63,117 nt of DNA, filler included, from Klebsormidium nitens (GCA_000708835.1; 6 parts of 6 records of this genome joined end to end with filler, not necessarily neighbours in it), one strand, 5' to 3'; positions 1 to 13,601 are shown, counted from the whole stretch's first letter. The notes: generated from the letters alone by a model not told the origin. Numbers and translations: made by a program.

Positions 1-683
1 CTCTCTGTGGGCATACGGAGTGTGTGGCGGCACTGACCTATGTGACTCCGACCCAGTCCGCACTTACTGCATACGCGCATTGACTTGCGTGCTCAGTCAA
101 ATCCGTACACATATAGCAGGTCTACGAGCAAGTTGATTTCTCAAGGTAACACTAGTAGGTCCCTACTGGCCTTCTTTGTGCACTTGATGATTCTCAAAAA
201 CGTAAAGCGTATAGAGTTGACGACTCAACCTCTAGATGCGCGCCCGGAGTTCCAATCTTGAAGTACGAGGTTTGATCCAGAAGCAGGATCCAGCTGTCTA
301 GTACCTTTCAGAGTATGTTCCTAAGCTGCAAAAAAATGGGCTGCCACCGTCACTAGTATCTTCGATGTGGACCCCGTATTCCTACATGGGCGAGGGTCCA
401 TTATTGATGGAATCTCTTCAAAAGGTGCTTCTCGGAAATTCTTTCTAGTCACCCTGGTTCTCCTCCACCGATGTGTTGGTTTTCGATCACGTCGCGTCGC
501 ATGGCACGTTCAATCCTGAAATAATCGCCCGCCAGCATTCATCGATCTATCTTCCTGGGATCCATTCTCTTACTCTGACTAGCTTGTGCCTCTCAACCTT
601 TGCTTGCGTCGTTTGCCTATCCCCGATCAGATTACGCTTATCAGTCCACTCTCCAAAGTTTTTGTTTCTTCGGCCCTGACCAG

Positions 684-966
684 GTTTTCCGGACGTGGGA
701 CGCGTGGCACGTACGAGGGCTTCCAAAAGGTGACGTTCCCAACGGGGGAGCCGTATGGGCTGTGGATGCGCACGTATCATAACCAGGAGGCACAAGCTCT
801 GGTAAATGCTCTCGTACACATAGAGGACTTCTGTTCCAAGAACACGAACGAGGGGGTTCTGGCCTCGTACGTACACGAGCCCGCTCGCCGCGCCTTCATC
901 ATCGAAAAGGCAGTCGAGTACGTCGATTCTGGCTTGGAAATCCAGATGCCGGGTCTAGGGCTGTAG
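684..966 (+). CDS. Probable last exon of an unidentified gene whose 5' part is unresolved
   Basis: Acceptor-like CTGACCAG at 676-683 followed by a stop-free, protein-like frame (FSGRGTRGTYEGFQKVTFPTGEPYGLWMRTYHNQEAQ...) ending TAG at 964-966. A possible earlier exon lies at ~302-423. No family recognised. Confidence 0.35.
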
Positions 967-2793
967 GATCTAATATAGTCAAGACTAGCGTAAAGATTCG
1001 ACAGGAGAATCTCCAACAAACGGCCAGTCTGAGAAGTTGGTGAACATCTGTTGAGTGGGCAGGATCGGATGCGATTCGGTGAAGTTCTCATGTGGCTCGG
1101 TTGTGTTTGTTTGCCTTTCTTCGGACAATATCGAGGATAGCTTAATACCAGTTTGGTACTCAAAGTGCCTGTCAATCCATGCACGCGCCCATCAAGGCCT
1201 GGAGCTGACAAAGGAAGCGTGATTCAGACAAAGTAAACACCAGGCTAGGACATCTCCATCTATAGATGTAGTTTTGTGAGCAAAAGGGAATCCATGATTG
1301 TGCGGTCAATCATGCAGCAGCATTTTCGGGGGCGACCTAAACTCGATTAGCATCTTCAATGTAGAAGAAAGTAGGTCCCGGCAACCGCGAGACTATAAGC
1401 AATTAAGCGGGAGCTGCAAAGAAGAGCAGAGCGAGCTCTCACCTGAAGGTCTAATCGAATAGCTGTCTGGCCTCTCTTGCTTCGCAAGACACGACTGGTC
1501 ATAGCTCTCGTGGTTCTGATCACGTTTTATGTTGAACGAGGCACGGCCAGGCATCACGTATGTATGGTCGGGCGCTAGCCTTTTAGAATAGGGCCCGACT
1601 GTTCCTCGATCACTGCAGTGACTGCACCTAAAACCCACTAAACGTAGAGCAATCACGAGGGCAGACTTGACAGAACATACATGAGTCATGATCGATCGAT
1701 CTGCCACCATCAGCCTGCCAACTGACACAATGCTCCAAGGAAACCGCAGACGGCACCGTCTGACCTTCACAGTACGTCTCGTTCTCGCTAGCTTTCGTTA
1801 TTGATTCAACAAGCGCATGATGCATGCCAGCTACTTGATATTAGTTCAGTGGCGACCTCAAGTCGGAGGCGCCGGGCCAATCATTGATGGCCTGGCCGGC
1901 GCGTTGCAGCCTGGCAGTGGCAGATAGAGCTGGCAAGTCACTATAAGCATCGGATGCCATGAGGGGCTGCGCTTGGAAGGATTCGGCTGCGCACAGTGAC
2001 ATGAGGTGTGCGGCGGCTGCCCAGACCGGCCTAATACTGTAGTAATAGTTTATGAAGAGATGCTTAATCAAATCGTCGAGTCACGATCTTTAAGTCTGCC
2101 AGTCCGAGTACGTCCTGCTTCGTGGTTCGTCCGGGCCAGGCTTGAAATTCAGAGTGTTTACTGTTGTGTTTACCTCAGCCGTCAGGATCGGATCAACTGG
2201 CTTCTGGTACTTCAGTACAGCTTAACTCAGGGCAAGTGGACCATGTCATAATCATGTCGCAACATGCACTGACTGGACTTAATCGACGGTGAATTAATTA
2301 CCAGAGATCCTTTGGCACTCTAAGCGAGAGGGCCGCGCTACATCTGCCGCGCATGGCAGATTGCAACTTTAATCCACAAGCTCTCAGTCTGTGGTATTCA
2401 ACAAGCTCATCATTGTTCCGGGCCGCCTGTCACCCTATGCGCTTCCATATACAATTCAAGTGGCCGGCAGCACGCCGGCTGATTTCGTTTTACTCGTGTC
2501 TATAATCAGATCAATGAATCGTTCTATGTACACAACGTACAACGTAATCATAGACTGAAGTATACTGCATGAGAGTCAGTAGTCGATATCTGTTGTCTTT
2601 GGCGGTCATGTGACAGTCAGCTACTCCAAGCTCGAGATTGTCGTGCCTGCCAACTCCGAGTGTGGTTGCAAAGAATGGCTGTATCGTATTTTCACAAATA
2701 CATCCTCTATCGATAATTATCATCATGGAACAATATGTCCCGGCACAGCTCGGCAACTCAATTCGCCTCCGCTCTTGTTAGCTGGTACTCTGA

Positions 2794-5700
2794 TTACTTG
2801 TCGACTCGAAAATCAGCCGTTTGAAGGAAGAATTCCGAGCGCTCCTTCCCACCGAACGCCTCGGCGAAAAAGGCGTAGTTGATGTACGCTCGCCCATCTC
2901 GTATGGCGACCGCTGTCGTGGAGATGCTGGGGTCCTATGAACAAACGCAGACGGGATCTGAGTTAGCCGCTTCCTGGGTGAACGATTTCACAAGTGGTTA
3001 ACCGCCGCGCTTGTAATCAACCGCAGCGTGATGTCCACGAAGTGTAATAGCAGAGGGCAAATCGCTCCGAATTCGATCTTTCTGCTCGATTGAAAAGTTG
3101 ATGCATGAAGACAGACGCCCGGACCTTCTTGAAACTGTACGCCGAAGTAAGACCAACAGATCCGTTAACAGCGAGTATCGATCGCTGACGAGCAACAATC
3201 ATCTTTGAAGGACGCTACGGTTTAACGCATTCCGATTGATTCACGAAGATTCTCAGACGAAGATTCAATTGCAGGCCGTTCAAAAGCGAAGCAAATCGAC
3301 TCCGTGGACTTCGTTCAAGACCGGTTCGCGTACCCAGGGGTACAAATACTCAGTGACACGTTTCGAATTTGCAGAGCTTCCAGATAAATCAACGGAAGTC
3401 GGAAAGGGGGAATTGCGAAGAAGGATCTGGTAAGGAGCAGGTCGGGAGACAAAACTGGTCATCGAGTGGAACCAATGCCGCACGCGTGAGCGCGCTCGAC
3501 TGGAAACCTTGGAACCCCCGGCTGCTCGGAAAGCAAATGGTCCTTCTAACCAGGCCTAAACCCGACTTCGAAACTTTCAATTTAACCAGGCCTAAAGGGA
3601 GTCCGAAACCGGCCGTTCAAACCGTGTCTGACGTTTGGCCGGTGAGCAGGTTTGGAGCCCGGGGGCCACGCTAGTAGTCTCGATTTTATGTTGAGGTACG
3701 GCTGTGTTGATTTATGTCATGCGCGGGGGACGGGTTGGGTTGGTTTGGGGTTTAATTAGGGTGGGTAAGGGTGCGGAGCATGTTAACTTCGGGTTTAATT
3801 ATGAGTTTGTCTGAGCCCGGGGAACTGATCTAACGCAACATAATCTTAACACAACATAAACTCGAGACTTATGGGTACGCTAACCTGGGGCACTTTGTCG
3901 AGAATCTTGGCTGTCTCCCAGCCGTCGGTGCTTTCCACCAGGTACACGCACTCATCGGAGGTCACCACGAGGCGCCCATCGGGGCGGAACCGGATTCCGT
4001 CTGCTCCGGGGAAGAGCCCGTCGATCTCGACCTTCTTGACGGGGGACCCATCCAATGGAACCTGAAGAAACAGATGCGAGGGCTTAGGGGAGCGTACTGG
4101 TGGGCGCGACGCGCGCGTCAACCGCGCAGCTCGCAGCACAGCCGGCCAGTCGCCCCGATTGTGAGCACGTAAGGGCCACGTGGTTGGAATCGTGGCGACA
4201 TTTGTACCGCTCGTGATTACCCGGAAAGGGACGCGAAGACAGGGTTTTTGGATATAGTAGGACACAGGAGAAATGTTTTACAAGGGCCGAAACAAAGGGC
4301 CGCTCCAGATCAGGTCGATGTCGTCATGTCGATCAATACTCATTTCTTTGAATCATGCGATTGAGCGCACTTGTGACGGGTTCCGAGAGACATGCCGCCA
4401 GGTAGCTTTGAGGAGGTCTGTCACTGACACAAAAGTAAGTAGAGCTCCAACGAACGCGCGAAAAGCAGATCTTGCTCCGAAGAACCACGGGCGGTACAAG
4501 CGAAATTGAGGAGCCCCAGATTCAGCACTCGCTGCAAACGTTGCCTGTATACGATGGCTTTTGCCACCCACATGGCACCAGCCGCACCCTAATCAGGCGG
4601 CGAAAAATGGTAGAGTTTCTTTCTTCCAGTAGGATCACGAGCGACTAAGCAATCGAGGCTTCCGCATTAATCACGGCCGCTCAAAGGTTGTGTGCTTTGA
4701 GTTGGTCGCGACGCTCGGCCAAAACTCCAAGAATCAGTAACGTGCTAGGAAGTTACGCGGCCCTCTTTTCTGTTGACGACCTTCATCTGCCCAAGCTAGA
4801 GAACCGCTTTGAATGCCTTAACTCGAGCTGTTGTCTAACGACCGACCCAGAAGAAATCTACCTTCCGGTGGTAGCAGACTGCAGAATCGAGCCCCTATTA
4901 GTCCTGCAGTGCTCGTGAGAGTAGGGCTAAGACAAAGATCAGTATCTGTAGCGACACAAAGCAACTTTCCACTCAGAGACGATACTGTGGGAGTAATCTC
5001 ACTTTGTATGCGACGCCAGCTCCCACGTGGGTTGTTATGATGTACCCGTCCTGGTGAACGACCAGACCGTTGAGCCCAAAATCGAACGGCCCGAAGTAGA
5101 CTTTGGGGAAGGCGGCGAAGAGGGGGTCCCCGGAGAAGAGCCGCGGGTTGCTGCCGTCTGCACAACAGCGAGTAATATCACACAATATCATATATAGAAG
5201 AATATATTTGGTTCATTACAACATTGTCACAATAAGAGGTGCTTGGATGTATTGACGTATCGCTGCAGATACAGCATTGGCGAACGGCAACCTACGAGAA
5301 GTCTGCCGAAGGCAGAAGTCCTACTTCTTCCTTCAAGTAGGAGGAACGCTTCAAGGGACGCGTTTCGACTTCATCCTGTTACAATCCTGTTGAGCAGAAA
5401 CCGACGTCGACAATCCGTCAAGCATCCGGCCCCCAGAAACGACCTTGAGTGAGGGTACTCACACATTGATTCGCCAATTCAGCAGCAATGCGCACATCAA
5501 TTCGGTTCTATGCGACTTTTGAGCATCGGCGTTCAGCCAAAACCTTCGGACCGGCCCTGGCTGAGAGAATGTCGATCCCATCGGAAAGCAGAGAGCTCGC
5601 CGCAAATGCGAGTTTATTGACTCAGCACATGTACATTTCTAGGCCCGGCCTGAATCCAGAATCTTGGCACAGGCACTCTTGAATTGTCGAGGCCAGCAAT

Positions 5701-8377
5701 CTGGCATCCCGAACTATAGTCCCACTCAATCACATTTACTTATGGAAAGGCTGATATCAAAAGGACTTTGGCCTCTGAGGTTTTGCAAATGGTTTTGCAC
5801 GAGAGATGATTGGGCACCAGTTCGAATTTAGGAGGACCCGAGATCTGGAAAAAATCGAGACTATTCTAGGTGCCCACCTGCGTCCGTCTTCCAGAGAAGG
5901 CTGCGCTGTGTGTCCGTGATATACACCTCTCCCGTCGCGGCGTCAACAGCGGAGTCGTTGGCAAAGATCGGCAGATTCACGGGAGGGGTTTCCACCGGCA
6001 CGTCTGAGAGCTTGGTCAAAAACTGGCGCTTGCCGCTGAAAATGAGGAGTATGAGGTTCAGGTTAAGTTGGTCTCGCTTTGTATAAGGTCAGTGACGGGT
6101 TGGAGTTAGCCTGGGGGTGTCGGGTTGGTTTCGCTGGGTTGCGCCGTATCACGCACGCTTTACTTTGGTGCTGGCAGTACTGCTCCCAGTTCCAAACGTG
6201 GATCCCAACCTGGCTCGGTTGCACCCGAGATAGGGACTTCTCTGGATTACGAGCGAGAAGGAGGGGCAAAGACTCTGCCAAACGATGGTCGTGTCATTTT
6301 AAGCCTGGAGATTGTGCAAACGCTAAGAGATGCCGTTCAGCTGATGTGATCATAGGGAAACTCAAACCCTCTGGCTATGACACGGAAATTAGCTGGCGCG
6401 TGGTTGCATGTTTTATGCTGTCGTATGGAGTTGCCTCCGTACGGAACATTCCGTTCCGCTCCAATCCCTTCCGTTCCATTATATGGACCTGCAGGAAAGA
6501 GTCTGACCCTCTTGGCCATGCTTGGATATCCTTCCAGCCTTTCTTTGTCCGCTCCACTCATCTTTCCGTCCTCAATAAGAACACGGGTCAGAAGAGACTC
6601 GGAGTGAACAGAGCACAGAGGACAAGATACGCCGAACTTTAACGTATACGTATCAAGGCACGTTGCTCAGGGTTGATGATCGAGTTTCGCAAAGGGATCG
6701 AGGCGCTTGAAGCAATGCTTCGAGAGTGATTTCTGCCCTGGAGGAGCCAGATTTTCTGGTCTTATTGGGACCTCAGATTTTTACAGGCGAAATCTTTCTT
6801 GATTGCATCTAGGACTAGGGGCCTATCAATGAATTGGCTTTAAACAGTCTATGTAGCAAGGAACTCTTCTAGCCTCTGTAAGAGGCGGATTTTTTTAAAG
6901 CCACTGTGACGACTTTTACAGCTGGCACAACATCACCAAACAAAGCTCTCCAAAATGAAGTTTCCAACTGGGACATGCACATGGTCGGGTGTGACCACCG
7001 AATCAGCTGCCATATGGACCGGCCCATAATAGCACAGCTACCGGGCGTCTTCCCCGCTCAGTATCTCACGCTGCCAGCTTTTGCGAGCTGTAATCGCTGG
7101 TCGCATGTCAAGTTACATCATGAACCCCCTCTCTCAGTGTTTAAATTGGCATGAGACACACTTAACAGCAGGTGTCTCAAGGGGCCATTCCCAAGCGGCA
7201 GTGACACGCGCGTAGAAGGAATATCAAAGGCACTTTTGATGTGACCAAGGAGCACAGGCCCTGGGCCCTGTGTGTTAGTTACGAGTCCTCAGATAGCCAG
7301 AAATATTGATTGTCTGCCATTCACCTGTCAAGGTCATACGCGGCCACTCCATCATAAGGCGCCGCCGGGTTATTGCTGTGCACAGTCACGACGAAGCGGT
7401 TCCTGGGCAAGTCAACTTGGAGACCCAAAGTTGCGCACCCGGAATACTCTTCATCCTACAGCAGTGTTGACAGGTACTTTGGCCAATTGTGTCAGACTTG
7501 CTATCAGATCTCTAGTGCTGTGCTATGCTTGATGATAATTTCTGAGTTTATCATTCTAGACCATGCCCAGCATTTGACAGCAGCTCAGCATTGCAGACCA
7601 CAACAAGGAGAGATACAATTCGAACTCTGAACAGGCAGATCTGAAGCAACCAGCTGGAAGTCCTCATTTTGAGTTAATGAGGTGAGAAAGCAGGTAATCC
7701 TGAGCAGGGATGCTTTCTCTGGCCCTCCAGGTGGCTTGAGAATGTGCTGGCAGATTTTGGAAGATAATGAAAGGTGTATTTAGCTGCTAGTCACCAACCA
7801 ACACTGGAATCCTTTCCCTTCTATGCATCTAGCGGCATCCAAAAGGAGACAGAAGTCAGCTGCTAATGAATGAGTAGCAAGCAGATAAATTGGAAAGGGC
7901 TCTCGCATGATTAGGTCCAATGGCTTTCGATACTGACGAGGGATCTGATTTTTGCCTCTTCCCTTGCTCCAGTGAGAAATAGAATGCGGCATTCATCCCC
8001 ATCAAACTCCTGTGAATTTCACCACAGGGACCATCAGATCCTCTTGATTAAACCTCATACGGGGCAGACTCTTTGTCTTGCGCAGCCAGCTTGTTCACCC
8101 TGTGAGGAGAAGGAGGCTGCAGGGAATGATTGATGACACGCGCAAGCAAAAAGCCATGTAAAATTTAATCTGAGAATTAAAAGAAACATAGGCGCACCAG
8201 CACCTGCTTGCTCACCTTGACAACTTCCTTTGTGGTACCATCAGGATAAATCGCCAGGATGTTTCCCTTCAGCACTGATCCTACAAGGAAGCGCCCATTC
8301 TTTGCATCCCAGTCAATGCCTTCCGGAAATTGCTGCGGCGAATTGTAGACGACCTTGTCTTGAACCTGCGCCGCCAT
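2794..8377 (-). CDS. SMP-30/gluconolactonase/LRE-like six-bladed beta-propeller protein (calcium-dependent phosphotriesterase superfamily), 6 exons, 307 aa from the Met at 8377
   Basis: Exons 8377-8216, 7455-7325, 6035-5878, 5157-5003, 4061-3885 and 2934-2794, all GT-AG with consistent phases (924 nt). Family motifs: FPEGIDWD, LGLQVD.PRNR, FANDSAVD..GEVYITD, GLNGLVVH.DG, GADGIRF.PDG, TTAVAIRDGRAY. An additional upstream exon is possible (acceptor-like CCCACAG just 5' of the ATG). Confidence 0.9.
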
Positions 8378-8590
8378 AGCAATCCTGTGGGACAGGTTAA
8401 AGGCGCGGCAGCGCGGTTCAAGCACCCCTGCAGTTAGCGAGTCCAGCCAAAACAAAAGAGCGTCTCTTGAGCGTAATGCCGCTTCAGTCCTTTGAAGAAG
8501 CCTTCGGTGCAATCAATGCGATTGCCAGGAAGCAGTACTGTGCTGTTCAGGCCGAGCGACCCGGAACGCCCGGCGACATACCGCCGCAGG

Positions 8591-8718
8591 GTACCGTACG
8601 TCGTACCGACGTTTGCCGGTACGCACGTACGCATGTTGGAAGCTTCACATGACGTCATCGTACTGCGAGGGATCCCTGGGCGACGCGTACGTGTGAGCTA
8701 TGATCGCCCTGGACGTAC
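8591..8718. promoter_or_regulatory. Cluster of 8 GTAC cores (6 as CGTAC) plus a TGACGTCA palindrome upstream of the SMP-30-like gene
   Basis: GTAC at 8591, 8596, 8603, 8619, 8627, 8660, 8687 and 8715; TGACGTCA at 8650-8657. The cluster lies 210-340 bp upstream of the ATG at 8377. Function is inferred only. Confidence 0.4.
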
Positions 8719-11700
8719 GTTCGTTCGCAAATGCGCGCCTCAATGGTTTTAAAACGATAATTGCCGGCAAAAACACATATCATATCCTACAAGCTGGACT
8801 CTGTAAAAGATCAAAAGGTTTCAGCTGATCCAGTTTGCTGAGTACGTCTGCAGGGTTTGTAGCAGTTGATCAATGTTTGTTATGAATGGCCCGCAGAAAC
8901 ATCATGCAGAACGGGTGCAGAACTGATACTATACTAATCCCATTCTAATCAACTGATTGTGCGGAAGAGACTCAAGAACTTGCAGTGATAACAAGCGGTA
9001 CTATGCATCGACTGGCAGTATTCACGCAATGAGTCAGCCTGCAACTTTTGCGCTGGGCCGTGAATTAATTCCTTTGAGATATTTCCAAGATCGAAGAAGT
9101 GACGTTGGCCGGCCGCGATTCCCCGGACGGCACAGCTGTGAGCACTAGGGCTGGGAGCTTGCCGCTGCTGCCCCCCCTGCTGCCGCGCCAGATCCTTCAG
9201 GCTGCCAGGAGCGACGCAGCGATGTCTGCTTCATATGCGCGCAGCGGACTGGCACGATGACACAATTGGAATTGGGCCAGCTTGAATAGACAGGGACAAA
9301 AAGTCCGGTTCAAGCCGCCCGCGGTGATCCGGTTGAAGCTGATGGGCCAGCTTGCGCTTTGAGACTGGTCCAGCAGTCCCTTCCGCCGGAGGATCTGGTC
9401 CGAGCCTGCAATTCCAATGTGTCATCGTGCTAGTCCGCGTCGAATTTGCCAGATTTGAGGCGTCGGCTCTGGCTACGTTTTGAGGGCCCAAGAGGCTAGA
9501 GAGATCCCCGGCCGGTTGAGATTTACCACCAGATGGAGCACGAAACGAGCCCATTAGCCGACTCGGACAACTGGAGGAATGGGCGTTTTGGGAGTATATG
9601 TTTCCTTTCAAACAGGTCACCACGATTGATGAATTAGTGATACACATGGGCTTCACTGCTAGCTCCGGACGAAGGAGGATTTGTCTGCGGCACTTTGTGG
9701 TGATTCGGTCTCCGGCAGGTCAAAGTTCCGGGATTCAAACGAGCCGTCACCGTTCGCTCCCGACTCCCCTGAAAACCGGCGTCGAATCCATCAAGCTGCT
9801 TGCTACGGGACGCGTTTCAGGATTCGCTTTCGAATCCGCCCTCATTGTCACAGAAACTCTCTTTCGCCCCTAGAAGCTTTGGTCTTCCCTTTTGCCCCAC
9901 GCGAGCCCCGCCCACAGCGGTCCTTGGGGGCGGAATTCGTAACGGCTGACGTGCAACGGAGAGCTTTGTCCGTTAATTGCTGACGCGAGCGGCGCTGGTC
10001 GATACCAGGGTCCTGCCTGCTTTCCGTGTCTTCCATTTCATTTCACAGCTCGTCCCCCCTTCAAATGAGCGACATGACGGCCGGCATCAAAACTTTCAAA
10101 AAAGTAATAGCTAGCGGCATGCTCGAATGTACTAGACCTGCCTGCTGTTATGGTGACAAGTGCGAAGCTGCCACGTGGCTCTATTAGCGACCTCGCTGCC
10201 TGCAGCTCCGTGCCTCCGTCCCTTCCGTTCGATTCGAAAAAGTTGCTGGAAGCTGAGGAAAAAACCAGTGGGCTCAAAGCCTAATCCGAGTCACGTGATT
10301 CACCTAAGATGAGATGCTCACAGGAGTGGGGATGCACTGAGGAGGCTGCAACCGGTTTATCACGGTCCGTTGCTTTGGGTTACTACTTTTTGGATTCGGA
10401 CAGTCGAAAGACTGGAAGGCCGACAGAAGGATTCCACTTGCTCCAACAATTGCTGTTCCGGTCTTCTCCTTCGAGGCAGGAAGTGCGGCAAAGGACGAGG
10501 ACTTGATTTGACGACGAGTGCGTCAGAGAGGATGGTAAGGCGGCTAAGAACCAAAAGAAGCGCTCTCACTGCTAAAGAAGTAGGGAGGGGGATCGAATAG
10601 AACAACGAAAGATGCGGGTTTGAAAGGCCGGGCACAAAGTCCTTGCACCATTCAAAGATGATTAGCATCCTCATCGTTTTCATCTAATTTGTACACAGTT
10701 TAAAGAACACAAGTCGGAAAAGTTTCATCCTCGGAAAACGCGGCTGCAGAGGCGGGGCCTGCTAAACGCTTCTGTGCGAGGTTTAGCGGAGACGGAAACA
10801 TGGGTCCACTCAAGGCCGCTGCGCGTGCGACTTTCTGGATAACACAGGCCGGAAGCTCTGGTCTGGATGGATTAGAGTTAGATGCAAAATATGCATGTCA
10901 TCATGAGTTGGCTCGCTGACGTCACTGTCAGCTTGGTTGCTGCGCTGATCCCACGCCAGTGGTCGATCGTCGCGCCAATTTGAAAAGTTAGCAGGGACGG
11001 TACGGAGGCGGCCGCCAAGCGACCGAACTCCCTGGGGGGGGCGAGGGATTGGGGTTCCGCGGCAGAAGAATGGCAGAAATGGTCGCCAGACCCGGATCCT
11101 TGGGGATCAAGAGGGGGAGGATGGGGCATTTCTAGGGTATCAGCCGAGGAAGTGGCCCGAGGACGTTCGATCGTTCTGGGCGGCGCTCGTCACGCAACGA
11201 TCGACGGCCAGCCACGCATCAATTGGTCGGTAGAAAATTCTGTACGCGCTTGCGGGGCGCTTAGCGAACATGGCAAGTTTCGTCTTGAAGAGACCAGCGG
11301 TTTCCATTTGAGACGCACGAAACGCCCCGGACTGGGGCGCGCTTGGCTTTCGTGAGCGCCCTGTGTCCGTCTTTGTGTCGATTGATTTCGCAAGTCCGCA
11401 GAGGGATCGACAGGGCTCTCTTGAGAGATTGGCGACCCTCCGCCCGCACGCCGCCGCTGGCGAGATTGGCGAAATTGGCGTCAGCAACGGCGCACGAGGC
11501 GCCGGGTGGATCGAAGTCCTTCAAGGGCGGCCCTGCGGGAGCCTGGGGTCGGTCTGGAGCGTCTGATTAATGAAGTGGCGCATGGGGCGTCCGCCAGGCA
11601 GGGGCTGAGATCTGGCTCCCACCGAGACATAACATTTCTAACTTACTGAGATACTGAGTGCTCCGTCAGTTGTACCCAATGGCTCCCAAGGGACCGGTCA

Positions 11701-12769
11701 TACTGAGGGTCGATAATTCGAAACAGCCAAAACTCTATCGTCGAAGTTCCTTCGAGAGTTGATGAGACTGAGTGATCACTCCTTGAATCTACTGAGCCCC
11801 TCACAATGAACTTAAGTACGTAACGAAGTCCGTTGGTAAACAAAGGGATAAGTCCAGGTGATCAGTGCAGGAAAGCGAGCCAACGTCCACAAGTGAGCGC
11901 GGCCGCCCGGCCGCGCTCTATATCACCGTCACATTGCGGTATGTATCGATTTGTAAGTCTCCAGGCTGTATTTTCCTGATTGCTTAAACTAGAACCGTCG
12001 CCGCTTTGAACTGCAGTAGCATACTTATACGATCATTGGATCTTGGCCGTACGTATTAGCCCGTCGGTCGCTTATATTGCATGATGCAGGTCAGCGTTCC
12101 ATGACCGTTCTCTAGCGTGTTGCAGCAACAATGCGAATCATGAAATTCTAGCTCGGCGCGCGCGTGCTTGAACTTGTGACAGACATTCAAGATTGACCGC
12201 CTCAAACTGCAGCCGGTGGGCTTTGTTCCAATTTTGAGTTCAATTAGCGTTTAGCAGTGTATCTACCTAACATCATCATCACATATTGCTCCTACGAATA
12301 ACGTACATCGGTCGCGAGCACAGGCTAATGCTTGCACGCCTTCCGGCCAGAACGGATGAACCGGACTATAAACCGTACGCATATAATGACGTTTTATATT
12401 GCAACTAATCTAAAGACCCCCATGCATCATTTCCTGCGTAGTTGGATGCTCAGCAACCAATCAGATGAAGCCCGGCGGGTCGGAACTAACAAGCTGAAAG
12501 CCAAAAAGATGGGCGGTACTTAGTAGCGAAACAGGCGCCACATTACGTGTTAAGGTAGAAGTATGGCATTCAACCGCCTGCAGAACCCTAGGTCACGTTT
12601 TGGGTTCACGAAATGCTCCACACTTAACCAAATCAAGTCGAGTTTTTTGCATTGGGTTCGAGGCCCCAAGGGGGTCCTAGGACCCGGGTCTCGAGGTGTC
12701 TCGACCCCTCGAGCCACCCCCACCAACCGAGGATTCTTGGCTCTCTCAGAACTTGGGGGGGTCATATTC

Positions 12770-12869
12770 NNNNNNNNNNNNNNNNNNNNNNNNNNNNNNN
12801 NNNNNNNNNNNNNTTAATTAATTAANNNNNNNNNNNNNNNNNNNNNNNNNNNNNNNNNNNNNNNNNNNN
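12770..12869. other. Artificial contig linker (N44-TTAATTAATTAA-N44)
   Basis: Identical 100-bp cassette with stops in all six frames, repeated five times in the window. Confidence 0.98.
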
Positions 12870-13024
12870 CGGCTCACTGAAGCCGATCCATCCGGGATAT
12901 TACGCCGTCTTGCAGACAGCCACGCAGTGCGTCGTTAAGACGTAACCACCGCCGTTTCGCTAACTCGCGGTCAACGAAATCCTGTCGAGAACGAGGTTAG
13001 GCTTAACCAGTCGTAATCGTTACA
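12870..13024. mobile_element. Terminal fragment of a repeated element, probably an LTR end (...TCGTTACA; reverse complement TGTAACGA...)
   Basis: 12966-13025 is identical to 48521-48580 (60 bp), then the two copies diverge just after TTACA. Both copies sit at contig starts. Confidence 0.6.
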
Positions 13025-13601
13025 ATAATAAATGATTGAAAATCCAAATAGTGTCGGTGTGCGGCATTGCAAGGCGGCATCAAAGCAATGTCACAAGGCC
13101 GAGTCTTCTCGGCGATGAGCTAAACCATGCATGTTTTCCAGAGCGCTCGTCCGCGCCGCATCCATCATCCTGCATTCCACACCCCTATAAGTACTATCCC
13201 CTATAGCTATATAGCCGATGCCACACACCCGCCAGCCTGTTGCCAAGCTGGCGGCCACTCCCCTTCCCCTTCAGGCCACCATGGCCAACCCCCAATATTA
13301 AAGCAGGCTGCGCGGTACTGCATGGCACGTGATTGTTACAGCTGGTAACGGTTAAAGTGGGCGTTGGGATATAAAACCGGTAGTTCCAAGGCCGACCCGG
13401 AACCCGCTCAATTCACCGTGGCTCAGGTAGCTACACCCGGGTAACCCGGATGACGTGGCAACTCCGACGGGTTGTGATCACAAAACTTTATGGTTATCGA
13501 AGAGACCTAACCCAATTGAAAGTAAACACTATATAATCTAAAATAAACCCTGAATGCGCTAGCATTTGCGCCAATGTTGTGCCTTTAACGCTTTTGCCCT
13601 C

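Noticed and set aside
3730-3790. G-rich GGGTT/TTAGGG-like tract as an interstitial telomere, and the CTAACCC runs at 46855-46930
   Set aside because: Short, degenerate and inside introns; better explained as low-complexity intronic or branch-point-like sequence.
9231-11570. Several overlapping 60-140-aa ORFs between the SMP-30-like gene and the contig end
   Set aside because: No recognisable domain and no consistent splice path; a gene here cannot be excluded.
11895-11918. Perfect 11-bp-arm GC hairpin GAGCGCGGCCG-CC-CGGCCGCGCTC as a Helitron 3' end
   Set aside because: No CTRR terminus at the expected distance and no other Helitron feature.
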